Of a stretch of 40,707 nt of DNA, positions 17,491 to 26,983 are shown piece after piece. The translations under genes and the position numbers were made by a program. Positions within the stretch are counted from its first letter, which is position 1; every line of letters starts with the position of its first letter. The notes beneath the pieces were generated by a model. It saw only the letters and a program-made list of their open reading frames with translations, was not told where the DNA came from and ran no database searches. The DNA is from an uncultured Acetatifactor sp. (GTDB taxonomy: Bacteria; Bacillota; Clostridia; Lachnospirales; Lachnospiraceae): assembly GCA_947644185.1 (NCBI GenBank), contig CANRZC010000001.1:1-40707 (forward strand). Direction: 5' to 3'.

Positions 17491-17550
17491 TTGGCAGCCC
17501 CAGTAAATTTCTATTTTATAGCTCCTCTTAAGAGGAAGAGCGCACTGTGA

Positions 17551-18285
17551 TCAACTTTCTCTTAAGCTTTCCTCCAGCATATGTATCAGCTGGCTCCAGT
17601 GGGAGACAGTGAGCACATCGCTGCACTCCCAGACAGGGGACTGTGCCGCGCCGATGTACCACACCGGAAATAGCCCTGCCTCCCTTGCCCCGACTACATC
17701 GCATTCGTAATTATCCCCGATGTACCACACGTCCTCTGGCCCTAGTCCTGCCTTTTCCAGCGCCAGATGGAAAATCCGCCTGTTGGGCTTGCGGAACATA
17801 TACTCGCTGCTGGCCAGGATAAATTCAAATGTATGCCCGGGCAGCAGGGTCCTTATTCTCTCCTCCACTATCTGGCCGCAGTAGGCAATGTTGCTGATGA
17901 CCCCTGTCCGAATACCCTGCTCCTTCAGGAAATCCAGAAATGTCTCGATGCCATGGGTGGGCACCCCCGGAGCTGCTGCATCCCAAAAGATTCTGTCGAT
18001 TTCCGGCGCTGTCAGGGGCAGTTGGATTCCCATGGACTCATAGAGGTATGCTGTGAACATATGGTTGGGAACCTCCACCTGGAACAGATGCCTCCTGGCA
18101 GGGTCAAACCGGCCCAGCTCGCTGTTCATCTGATCCGCGCATGCCTGCACTTGGGCTGCAGTGGAATGGTATTTGTTCTTGGTGGCATACTGCAGCACGG
18201 CTTCTGTGCCCTTTATCCCGTCGAATCGCTCCTCATCCGCCAATGTCTGGCCATAGTCAAAAAGAATCATTTTCGGTGTTCTCAT
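17551..18285 (-). CDS. HAD-family hydrolase
   Basis: Motif I 'ILFDYGQTL', 'GVISN', 'RKPNRRIF', 'YIGDNYECDVVGA'. Confidence 0.9.
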   Translation of the reverse strand: MRTPKMILFDYGQTLADEERFDGIKGTEAVLQYATKNKYHSTAAQVQACADQMNSELGRFDPARRHLFQVEVPNHMFTAYLYESMGIQLPLTAPEIDRIFWDAAAPGVPTHGIETFLDFLKEQGIRTGVISNIAYCGQIVEERIRTLLPGHTFEFILASSEYMFRKPNRRIFHLALEKAGLGPEDVWYIGDNYECDVVGAREAGLFPVWYIGAAQSPVWECSDVLTVSHWSQLIHMLEESLRES

Positions 18286-18362
18286 AATCGCCCCTGCCCT
18301 CTCTTTCAGATAGTCCCGGCATCTCTCCACAGATGTATGCCTTATTTCTTCCAGTTGATTTG

Positions 18363-18467
18363 ATTTTAATATAGGTGTCTTTTCTTTGCAATGCCCATTT
18401 TTACACTTATTTTCGAGCTTTTTTCTGCCCGGCAGTTTTTGACAGTTTCCCATTTTCGTAGTATACT
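18363..18467. promoter_or_regulatory. Divergent sigma-A promoters for the HAD gene and ktrB
   Basis: Minus: TTGCAA(18391-18386)-17-TAAAAT(18368-18363). Plus: TTGACA(18439-18444)-17-TATACT(18462-18467). Confidence 0.7.
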
Positions 18468-18554
18468 AGCAACTGGAATTATTTTCTTTCATAGCTGTAT
18501 TGGTACAAAAAATAATAAATAGAAAAGGAAGAACGCTCTGGCGTATTATATCAT

Positions 18555-19901
18555 ATGAAAAAACGAAAAACCACCACAACTGGAATCATCATGCTGGGTT
18601 TCCTGGTCGGAGCCCTGTCAGGAGCATTGCTTTTGATGCTCCCCATCAGCACCAGAACTGGCAAGTCCATAGATTTTCTGGACTCCCTCTTCGTGTCCAC
18701 CTCCAGCATCTGCGTCACTGGCCTGTCCACTGTCAATATCGGCCAGACCTTCTCCGCCTTCGGGCAGGTGGTGCTCCTGTTGCTGATCCAGTTCGGGGGC
18801 CTGGGCATCGTGACCTTTACCACCATTGTCCTGTGCCTGTTCCACCGCAGGATCACCCTATCGGACAGGATGCTGATTCAGAGCGCCTACAATCTGGACA
18901 CCCTCTCCGGGCTGGTAAAGCTGACCCGGCGTATCCTGCAGGTGACCCTATGCCTGGAGGCCATAGGTGCAATTGGCTACTCTTTTGTCTTTATTCCCCA
19001 ATATGGTCTAAAGGGAATCTGGTACAGTATCTTCCACGCGGTGTCCGCTTTCTGCAACGCTGGCATAGACCTGTTGGGAGGCAACAGCTTCTGTGACTAC
19101 GCAGACAATGTCATCCTGAACCTTACCACTGTATTCCTGATCATCGTCAGCGGACTAGGCTTTCCGGTGTACTGGGAGGTGGCGCGGGTCATCCGTCCCC
19201 GGAAAAACGGCAAACATTACATCCGCAAGATGAATCTGCAGACGAAAATTGTGCTCCTTACCACCCTGTTCCTGGTGGTGGCGGGCACAGCTCTGACCCT
19301 GCTCTTCGAATATGACAATCCTGACACCCTGGGGCATTTAAGCTGGCCCCAAAAGGGACTGGCGGCGCTGTTCCAGTCCGTCACCCTGCGCACCGCTGGC
19401 TTTGCCACCATCTCCCAGGAGGCTTTCCGGCCCGCGTCCAGCCTGGTCTACCTGATCTTCATGTTCATCGGCGGCTCTCCCGCAGGCACGGCAGGCGGCG
19501 TGAAGACCGTGACCATCGTCATGCTTATCGCCTCCATGCTAGGCAACATCAAGGGGAAAAAGGATGTCACTGTCATGAACCGGAAAATCGCTGACAGCAC
19601 CATCCGCAGATGCGTTGCCATCGTCACCTTCAGCTTTTCGGTGCTGATGATATTGACCATAGCCCTGCTGGCCGTCCAGCGCAGCGGATTTTTGGACACC
19701 CTGTATGAAATGACCTCCGCCATTGCCACCGTGGGGCTTTCCAGGGGCTTAACCGGAGCCCTGTACCCTGCCGGGAAGCTGATCGTAGCCCTCACCATGT
19801 ACCTGGGCAGAATCGGCCCTATCACCCTGGCATTGGTGTTCAACAGCCGCACCCCTGCGGACAACATTTCCTATGCAGACAGCAAAGTCATCATTGGATA
19901 G
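18555..19901 (+). CDS. ktrB: Trk/Ktr potassium uptake membrane subunit (KtrB/TrkH)
   Basis: Four pore-loop repeats: 'TSSICVTGL', 'VSAFCNAG', 'SVTLRTAGF', 'SAIATVGLS'. Also 'FIGGSPAGTAGGVK' and 'MYLGRIGP'. Confidence 0.93.
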   Translation: MKKRKTTTTGIIMLGFLVGALSGALLLMLPISTRTGKSIDFLDSLFVSTSSICVTGLSTVNIGQTFSAFGQVVLLLLIQFGGLGIVTFTTIVLCLFHRRITLSDRMLIQSAYNLDTLSGLVKLTRRILQVTLCLEAIGAIGYSFVFIPQYGLKGIWYSIFHAVSAFCNAGIDLLGGNSFCDYADNVILNLTTVFLIIVSGLGFPVYWEVARVIRPRKNGKHYIRKMNLQTKIVLLTTLFLVVAGTALTLLFEYDNPDTLGHLSWPQKGLAALFQSVTLRTAGFATISQEAFRPASSLVYLIFMFIGGSPAGTAGGVKTVTIVMLIASMLGNIKGKKDVTVMNRKIADSTIRRCVAIVTFSFSVLMILTIALLAVQRSGFLDTLYEMTSAIATVGLSRGLTGALYPAGKLIVALTMYLGRIGPITLALVFNSRTPADNISYADSKVIIG

Positions 19902-19940
19902 TGAGAAAAAACTTACGTCTGGATTTTAGGGAGGTTTTGC

Positions 19941-20768
19941 ATGCCAGGTTTAGAACCAAAACAATATCTTTCGCGTATAGGTATCCGTAGAATCAACCAG
20001 TTAGATACAGCGCTGCTGGAAGCTTTCGGGCCACAGGAAGGAGAAAGGCACATTGAAAGACTGACAGAATTATTTGATCAGTCAGAAGATAGGTTGCTTT
20101 ATGGCACCGGGGATACGGTGTATCTTCATCGCCAGGAGGAGCTGGTGGATTACTGGAATCAGAGTTTGCAGATGAGCCTTTTGGCCGCGTCTTTTTATGA
20201 TCGGGTGTTTTTCCGGAGGGTTATGGAGTATCTGCTGGAACATGATTCTTTCTGGTCAGGGGATATTTTCGATATTGGCTGTGGAAATGGTATTCTGACT
20301 TGTTTTCTTGCATTGCAGCATCCAGGCAGTGTAGTCACCGGGCTGGAGATATCCCCCAACGCTGTGTCCGTGGCAAGAGAGCTTGCAAGGGAACTTGGGG
20401 TGGACAATATACATTTTTCGAAAACGGATACACTGGGGCAGTGCCACACCCTGTTTTCCTGTCGCACGGCACACGAAAATGTTCCATGGAGGCCTCTCTG
20501 TGAGAAATCAAGAATGCCGGCCCTGTCCATGGAACAGCAGGTCAGGCTGCATAGTCAATATGCGAAGGAGCTTTCGACACTGATAAGACCCCAGGGACAT
20601 CTCATCAGCATAGAGCGATATGAGGAGGATGACGCGTATGCCGGACTGGTCTTCGCGCTGGAGCGGGTAGGCTTTTGCCAGGTGAAGGGAACCCATATGC
20701 AGTTTTCCTGCAAAAACGGAGACGGAATGGCTACATTTCAGGCAATGATTTTTAGAAAAGCATTTTGA
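19941..20768 (+). CDS. Class I SAM-dependent methyltransferase
   Basis: Motif I 'IFDIGCGNGILT', 'VTGLEISPNAV', 'LIRPQGHLI'. GGGAGG RBS. Confidence 0.82.
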   Translation: MPGLEPKQYLSRIGIRRINQLDTALLEAFGPQEGERHIERLTELFDQSEDRLLYGTGDTVYLHRQEELVDYWNQSLQMSLLAASFYDRVFFRRVMEYLLEHDSFWSGDIFDIGCGNGILTCFLALQHPGSVVTGLEISPNAVSVARELARELGVDNIHFSKTDTLGQCHTLFSCRTAHENVPWRPLCEKSRMPALSMEQQVRLHSQYAKELSTLIRPQGHLISIERYEEDDAYAGLVFALERVGFCQVKGTHMQFSCKNGDGMATFQAMIFRKAF

Positions 20769-20801
20769 TAAGAATAAACAGAGGCAAAAGGAGAACATCA
20801 T

Positions 20802-21482
20802 ATGAAAAAGCAATCCCAAAAAGAATATATCGTCATCGGTCTGGGCAGATTTGGCAGCAGCGTGGCCATCCAGCTGGAGGCCAACGGCTGCAAGGTCCTG
20901 GCCATAGACCGCAACGAACAGCGCGTCCGGCTTATCGCAGATTACGTCACCTTGGCCATGTGCCTGGATGTGGCCAACGATGAGGCCTTAGAGGAGCTGG
21001 GCGGACGAAATTTCGACGGCGCTGTGATCTCCATTGGTCACAGCCTGGACGCCTCGGTATTAGCCACCATCTGGGCAAAGGAACAGGGCATCGGGCAGGT
21101 CATTGCCAAAGCCTACGATGAAAAGCAGGGCAAGATTCTCACGAAAATTGGTGCGGACAAAATCGTCTACCCGGAAAAGGAGATAGGCGTTCAGCTGTCA
21201 AACGATTTGGCCTTTGGAAATATGTTTGACACCATTGAGCTTTCCTCCGAATATTCCATCGGGGAGATCGTCACCCCTCTGGACTGGATCGGCAAGGATC
21301 TGCGGACATTAAAGCTGCGGGAAAAGTATAGCGTAAATGTTATCGCCATCAAAAGAGGTGGTGCACTGGTGGTGAATCCCCCTGCGGATCAGCCCACAAA
21401 AAAGGATGATGTGTTCATGCTCCTGGGGACCAATTCCACCCTGAAGAAAATTGCCAGCGCAAGTGCCCCACGAAAGAATTAA
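20802..21482 (+). CDS. ktrA: Trk/Ktr potassium uptake regulatory subunit (KtrA/TrkA, RCK_N + RCK_C)
   Basis: 'IVIGLGRFGSSVA' nucleotide-binding motif, 'IGADKIVYPEKE', C-terminal 'LKLREKYSVNVIAIKR'. Confidence 0.93.
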   Translation: MKKQSQKEYIVIGLGRFGSSVAIQLEANGCKVLAIDRNEQRVRLIADYVTLAMCLDVANDEALEELGGRNFDGAVISIGHSLDASVLATIWAKEQGIGQVIAKAYDEKQGKILTKIGADKIVYPEKEIGVQLSNDLAFGNMFDTIELSSEYSIGEIVTPLDWIGKDLRTLKLREKYSVNVIAIKRGGALVVNPPADQPTKKDDVFMLLGTNSTLKKIASASAPRKN

Positions 21483-21604
21483 GGCCCGTCGGTATCCACA
21501 GGGGTACTGTCTCCCCAGGCTGGATTTCGATGCAGGGCCGCAGCTTCCTGCGGTGATCCTCTGGTTCCCCCAGGCTTTCTACAGAAAAGGCAAAGGTCTG
21601 CACA

Positions 21605-23764
21605 TTACCACCAGATGATATAGAGCAAGGTCAGTGCCAGCCCAATGCAGAAAAGCAGCAGTCCAAAGGATAAGCTCCTCTGAATGATATTGTTGGTCTC
21701 CTTGAACTGCTCATTTTTCACTGCTGCCAAATGAACGTAATCCCTGTGAACAGGCTTTTTTCTCCGCCATGTCCGGTTGCCCAGTCCCTGAAAAGCGTTC
21801 ATCACCCTGCCAATGCTCTCTGTGAGTACATTGCCCTCCGGCCGCTCATAGGGCAGCGGGCTGTCCCGGTACAGGGTCTTTCGCAGAAGCACCACCAGTC
21901 CATCCACAAAGCTATCCAGAATTCTGCAAAATATGCAGGCAACTGTGGACAGGGTTTTTAGAATCAAGGGGCTGCTCAGCAGGTTGTCCAGAATCCTGCA
22001 GGCCCCGCCAAGAGCCCAGGGCAGAAAGCGAAGCATCAAAGGACGGTACAAAAGCTCCTCCAGATCCAGCCATGCTGGCCATGCATCCACGTATTCGCCC
22101 TTCTGGTTCCGAAGGACCCTGCGGATAAAGAGCAAATATACCGCTGCGCCAATGCCAATGGAAAGCAGCCCACCCTTTAGATTCCCAAAGCTAAAATAGT
22201 GCACCACATGTCCTGCCTCCTCCAGCCTAAAGAACCCCTGGGCCAGCTGCGCAGCCCTGTCCATCAAAGCATGAGGGCACAGCCCCCACACCAAAAGCGC
22301 CACAGCGCTTCCGGCCAAAGCAAAGATGGTAATGGGTTTCATATATCTCTTCTGACTGTCATATTCCGCCTGTCGAATGGCACTCTCATTTTTTTCCATA
22401 AAAATGGCCACAAACAGCTTTGTCATATAAGCCACTGTGAGCCCGCCTGAGAACAGGAACAGATACTCCACAGCCTGAAACAGGCCCCCGCCGCCGTACT
22501 CCACAATACTCTCATGCAGCAGGGTCTTGCTGATATAGCCGCTAAAGAGCGGAATTCCGCCGATGGCAAGGGCACCCGCAAGGAAGATGGCTTTCAGCAG
22601 TGGCTTCTTTCTGCCAAAGCCCCGAATGTCATTGAGGTTCAGGGCGTGGGCATTCATGTATATCACGCCAGCGGCCAAAAACAGCACCAGCTTTATCAGG
22701 GAATGGTTCACCATGTGCAGGAATACGCCGTGGGTAGCTAAAATACCATATTCCCCAGGCTGTCCCATCATCCCGATTCCCACCAAAATAAATCCAATCT
22801 GGGACATGGAGGAGCAGGCCAGAGTCCTCTTTAAATCCACAGAAAACACTGCAAGCACAGCGCCTCCCAGCATAGTGACCACCCCCAGCACCAGAATCCC
22901 TGTGCGCCATACCCCATCCTGGGAAAACAGGTAGCAGCTCAATACTAAAATGCCGTAGATACCTGTTTTGGTCAAAATACCGGAAAGCAGAGCAGAGGTC
23001 GGCGCTGGCGCCACAGGATGTGCTTTGGGCAGCCAGATATGCAGTGGGAATGCGCCTGCTTTGGCTCCAAAGCCCACTAATAGACAGACACCTGCGGCAT
23101 ACAGCATGTTTTTCTCTCCGCACACCGCCACGGCCTGGGGCAGCTCTCTGATAGTCACTGTGCCCAGTTGATAATACAACAAAAAGATCCCCATGAGCAT
23201 CACTAACCCCCCTGTCACCGCCACAGCCAGATAGGTTTCTGCTGCCCGCAGCGCCGATCTGTTCTCCTCCTGGGCGACCCAGACATAGGAGGTAAAGGAC
23301 ATGATCTCAAAGAAGACAAATGTAGTGTATAAATCCCCGGACAGGAACACGCCCATGGTGGCTCCCAGTGTCCACAGCAGGAACAGGTAAAAGCGATTCT
23401 TATGGTGAAGATGGGCAAAATATTCCCGGGAGAGCAGCGCTGCCATCATCCACATGAACGCAGCCACACAGCCGTAGATGGACCGAAATCCGTCCATGGT
23501 AAAATACAGGCCCAGGCCGCAGATATCTGACAGCTCCAAAGTACCTGCTATCCCCAAGTGGATATTCTGGTATGCCACAAAGCCCATAGCGAGAAATTCC
23601 AGCACCACAGAGACCATCACAATGGCATCCCGAGCCCTCTCACGGGAGTTTTCTCTCCCAGCATTTTCCCCTTTTTCACAGGTGCGCCCTGTGAGATATG
23701 CTAAAAGTCCTGCAAGAAAGGGAAAAAAGATACAAAAAGTCAGTTCTATCTCCAATTTCATCAC
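21605..23764 (-). CDS. Mrp/Mnh antiporter-like subunit (NuoL/MrpA-D family), long form
   Basis: 'FVFFEIMS', 'GFGAKAGAFPLHIWLPKAHPVAPAPTSALLSG', 'KRTLACSSMSQIG', 'PLFSGYISK', plus a C-terminal extension. Confidence 0.88.
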   Translation of the reverse strand: MMKLEIELTFCIFFPFLAGLLAYLTGRTCEKGENAGRENSRERARDAIVMVSVVLEFLAMGFVAYQNIHLGIAGTLELSDICGLGLYFTMDGFRSIYGCVAAFMWMMAALLSREYFAHLHHKNRFYLFLLWTLGATMGVFLSGDLYTTFVFFEIMSFTSYVWVAQEENRSALRAAETYLAVAVTGGLVMLMGIFLLYYQLGTVTIRELPQAVAVCGEKNMLYAAGVCLLVGFGAKAGAFPLHIWLPKAHPVAPAPTSALLSGILTKTGIYGILVLSCYLFSQDGVWRTGILVLGVVTMLGGAVLAVFSVDLKRTLACSSMSQIGFILVGIGMMGQPGEYGILATHGVFLHMVNHSLIKLVLFLAAGVIYMNAHALNLNDIRGFGRKKPLLKAIFLAGALAIGGIPLFSGYISKTLLHESIVEYGGGGLFQAVEYLFLFSGGLTVAYMTKLFVAIFMEKNESAIRQAEYDSQKRYMKPITIFALAGSAVALLVWGLCPHALMDRAAQLAQGFFRLEEAGHVVHYFSFGNLKGGLLSIGIGAAVYLLFIRRVLRNQKGEYVDAWPAWLDLEELLYRPLMLRFLPWALGGACRILDNLLSSPLILKTLSTVACIFCRILDSFVDGLVVLLRKTLYRDSPLPYERPEGNVLTESIGRVMNAFQGLGNRTWRRKKPVHRDYVHLAAVKNEQFKETNNIIQRSLSFGLLLFCIGLALTLLYIIWW

Positions 23765-23821
23765 CTACCATACCAAATTCTTTGGTCTCTCCTGTCTCCC
23801 CACATGCTCCCCAGCCTCTAA

Positions 23822-25297
23822 TCACATTGTTCCAGAGACAGCCGCCTCAAGCACTGCCATGACAGGCCCGGAATGCAGTCCGAAGCAGACAATCAGCACT
23901 GCAAACACAATTAGAGGCATTAGCATCTTCCATCCGGGCTCTCTCACATCTTTTATGGTGCTGTAGTCAAAATCCTTCCTGGGAAAAAAGGCCCTCACCA
24001 CAATGCCCATCATATAGATAGCTGTCAGCAGTGCTGACATTAGCAGTGCTGCCACTCCCAGATAGGCAACAGGTTCCCCGCAATCCACTGCAGCTTTCGC
24101 CAGATACCATTTGCTCACAAAGCCGCAGAGCCCTGGCACTCCCATCAAAGCCAGGGCTGATATGGTGAAGCACAGGAATACCTTTGGCATTCTCCGTCCC
24201 AGCCCGTCCAGCTGGTGGACATAATTCCTTCCCGTCATGTGGAGCACCGCACCTGCGCAGAGGAAGGAACCTATCTTCATAAAGGAATGAAACACCAGGT
24301 GGGCCATAGCTCCTGTGAGCCCCAAAGGTGTCATCAAAGTCACGCCGAACAGCATATAGGACAGATTGCTCACCGTGGACCAGGCCAGCCGTCTCTTAAA
24401 GTGCGTCTCCTTCACCGCCCGGCTGCAGCCGTACAGAATGGTAAAGATCCCCAGCCCCATGACCACAGTCTGGGCCCATGTGCCCCGCAGCATTTCCGTG
24501 CCAAAGCTAAAGTACGTAACCCGCATCACCGCAAAGGCCCCTGTATTTACCACTGCCACCGCATGGAGCAGGGCTGTGACTGGTGTGGGGGCTACGCTGG
24601 CTTTTGGCAGCCAGGAGGAAAATGGCCACATGGCCGTCTTTACACTGAAGCCCCCAAAGCACAGCACATAGACCAGCAGCAGGGTATCCTTTTTTTCCTG
24701 AATATGTGCCATATCCAACACACCCCCTGGCACAAAGGAGGAAGTAGAGCCGTAAACCAATACGAAAATCATACCGATGAAGGCAAAGGCAGCGCCTCCC
24801 AGCATATAGTACAGATAAGCTCTGCTGGCCAGGATTGCCTCTCTGGTTCTGGTATGCATGACCAACGGCAAGGTCACCAGGCTGAGCATCTCAAAAAAGA
24901 AATACATGGTCAGAATATTCTCGGAAAGAGCCACGCCCAATGTAATGCCATAGGTAACCACATAGAACAGGAAAAAGGTTCTGGTATCCTCCTCTTTTTC
25001 CATGTAGGCAAAGGCGTACAGCGTGGCAAAGGGCCAGAGAAAGGCCACCAGTGCCGCGAATATACTGCCTGGTCCATCCAACCGCAGAGTGATACTCAGA
25101 TCATGCATAAAACGGAATACCGTAAGCGTCTTATCAGGGGCATGAAACAGCAGCCAGAACACTAGCCCTGAGTTCACGCACACGGCAGTCTCCAGATAAA
25201 TCCACATAGCCCTTTTGGTCCGAAAGGGTAGAAATGGCAGCAAAATGCCTGTAATCACAGGCAAAACCACCACTAATAGCATTATGACTTCCCTCAT
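23822..25297 (-). CDS. mrpD: Mrp/Mnh antiporter subunit D-like
   Basis: 'YFFFEMLS', 'VKTAMWPFSSWLPKASVAPTPVTALLHAV', 'KRRLAWSTVSNLS', 'PGLCGFVSKW'. Confidence 0.85.
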   Translation of the reverse strand: MREVIMLLVVVLPVITGILLPFLPFRTKRAMWIYLETAVCVNSGLVFWLLFHAPDKTLTVFRFMHDLSITLRLDGPGSIFAALVAFLWPFATLYAFAYMEKEEDTRTFFLFYVVTYGITLGVALSENILTMYFFFEMLSLVTLPLVMHTRTREAILASRAYLYYMLGGAAFAFIGMIFVLVYGSTSSFVPGGVLDMAHIQEKKDTLLLVYVLCFGGFSVKTAMWPFSSWLPKASVAPTPVTALLHAVAVVNTGAFAVMRVTYFSFGTEMLRGTWAQTVVMGLGIFTILYGCSRAVKETHFKRRLAWSTVSNLSYMLFGVTLMTPLGLTGAMAHLVFHSFMKIGSFLCAGAVLHMTGRNYVHQLDGLGRRMPKVFLCFTISALALMGVPGLCGFVSKWYLAKAAVDCGEPVAYLGVAALLMSALLTAIYMMGIVVRAFFPRKDFDYSTIKDVREPGWKMLMPLIVFAVLIVCFGLHSGPVMAVLEAAVSGTM

Positions 25298-25357
25298 GGC
25301 ACTTGAAACCCTTTCTCAAATATATTTTAGTGATCTCGGCATGACTTACTGTACTGT

Positions 25358-26947
25358 CTATAGGGATGCGGCAATCTCTCCAGCATATGCTATTAGGCTG
25401 CCTGGGAAAATTCCCAACAGCACCGCCATAGCCGCCAGAAGGATCAGTGGCACCAGCATGGCAGGGGCAGGCTCTGAGCTTTCTCCTGCCTTCCTGTGGG
25501 GCTGCAGCTCCCAGTCTTTTTCTGTATCCCCACAGCCCCCTCTCTCAGCCTCCCCCATTCCCGGGAAGAATCCCTTCATGGCAACCGGCAGCAGATACCC
25601 AGCTGTCAGCAGCGCGCTGATCAGCAGAACCACCGGCCCCAGCCATGCAAAGACGCCAGTTTGGGACTGCAGCGCCCCCTGCGCCAAATACCATTTGCTG
25701 ACAAAGCCTCCGGTAGGTGGAATCCCCACCAGCCCAAGAGACAGCAATAGATAACACCACATCATTTTCGGCATCCGTTTCCCTATGCCAATCAGCTCTT
25801 CCACTTTTGTGTAATGAAAGCTGTATACAAAGACCCCTGCTGCCAGGAACAAGCCGCATTTCACCACTGCGTGCACCACCACGTGAAGCATGGCCCCAGT
25901 GAAACCATCCTGAGTCAGCAGCGACAGGCCGAACATAATATAGGAGACCTGGCTCACTGTGGAGTAGGCCAGTCTCTTCTTAAAAATCTGCTCTCTGTAG
26001 GCCAGCATGGAGCCCATGAACACGGTCAGCAGCGCCAGTGTCATCCAGGCGTACTGCACCCATGTACCCCGCAGAAACTCTGCCCCCACAATATAGAACA
26101 CTACCCGCACCACAGCCAACACGCCGGACTTTACAATGACAGCTGACAGTACCGCGGAGGCCGGGGAGGGCGCCACCGGATGAGCTGTGGGAAGCCAGGC
26201 GTGGAGAGGCACCATGCCAGCCTTTGCCCCAAAGCCCAAAAGGGCGGCAAACACAGCAATCAGCAAAATCCCCTCATGTCCTGACACTGCTGTCAGATTC
26301 AAGGTGCCTCCTGCTGTGAAGGTCAGAGAATCGCTGTAGCGATACAGGAAAAAGATAGCAAACAGACCTCCGTAGGCACCGCACAGGGAATAAAACAGAT
26401 ATTTTAATGCTGCCATCACGGATTCCTTTTTCCCATTGTGGAGCACCAAGGGCATGGAGAGCAGGGTAGTTAGCTCATAGAACAGGTACATGGTCACCAG
26501 ATTCCCGGAGAAGTCAAATGCCACTAATATTCCATATAGTATCAGATAGAATCCGAAATATCGCTTCTCATTGCCCTCCTGGCGCATATAGACAAAGCCG
26601 TACACCGCGGACAGAATCCATATGACACTGACCACAGTCACAAACAGCCTGCCCACAGAATCGATATGAAAATATACCGGAATGGTATCTAACAGGGTGA
26701 ACAGCAATATTTCTCTGTCCCCTGACCAGGCCACTGCCAGCCCGACTATCACAGAAATACCCAGCACAATACTCACATAGGCCCAAAGCCACTGGCTATT
26801 TTTTCTCTCTCCAGGCCCTTCCTCCCTGGCGCTGGGTGTTTCCCCTTTTCTCCCCACTAGAAAGGATTTCTCCCGAAAAGATGAGAACAGCAACAGCGCA
26901 CCGCAGATCACTGGCATCCCTATGGGAATCAATATCATGGTATCCAT
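25358..26947 (-). CDS. mrpD: Mrp/Mnh antiporter subunit D-like
   Basis: 'YLFYELTT', 'AKAGMVPLHAWLPTAHPVAPSPASAVLS', 'KKRLAYSTVSQVS', 'PPTGGFVSKW'. Confidence 0.85.
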   Translation of the reverse strand: MDTMILIPIGMPVICGALLLFSSFREKSFLVGRKGETPSAREEGPGERKNSQWLWAYVSIVLGISVIVGLAVAWSGDREILLFTLLDTIPVYFHIDSVGRLFVTVVSVIWILSAVYGFVYMRQEGNEKRYFGFYLILYGILVAFDFSGNLVTMYLFYELTTLLSMPLVLHNGKKESVMAALKYLFYSLCGAYGGLFAIFFLYRYSDSLTFTAGGTLNLTAVSGHEGILLIAVFAALLGFGAKAGMVPLHAWLPTAHPVAPSPASAVLSAVIVKSGVLAVVRVVFYIVGAEFLRGTWVQYAWMTLALLTVFMGSMLAYREQIFKKRLAYSTVSQVSYIMFGLSLLTQDGFTGAMLHVVVHAVVKCGLFLAAGVFVYSFHYTKVEELIGIGKRMPKMMWCYLLLSLGLVGIPPTGGFVSKWYLAQGALQSQTGVFAWLGPVVLLISALLTAGYLLPVAMKGFFPGMGEAERGGCGDTEKDWELQPHRKAGESSEPAPAMLVPLILLAAMAVLLGIFPGSLIAYAGEIAASL

Positions 26948-26983
26948 CAAAGCTTTCCTCCCTAAAATGACTTTCCGTCCTTG

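Noticed and set aside
18468..18554. c-di-AMP (ydaO) riboswitch upstream of ktrB
   Set aside because: The leader is short and AT-rich and lacks the GC-rich conserved ydaO elements.
24215..25165. Long antisense ORFs (e.g. 24215-25165, 30306-31163, 2127-2780, 5077-5703, 966-1595)
   Set aside because: They lie opposite well-supported genes, lack RBSs and family motifs, and are expected shadows of biased codon usage.
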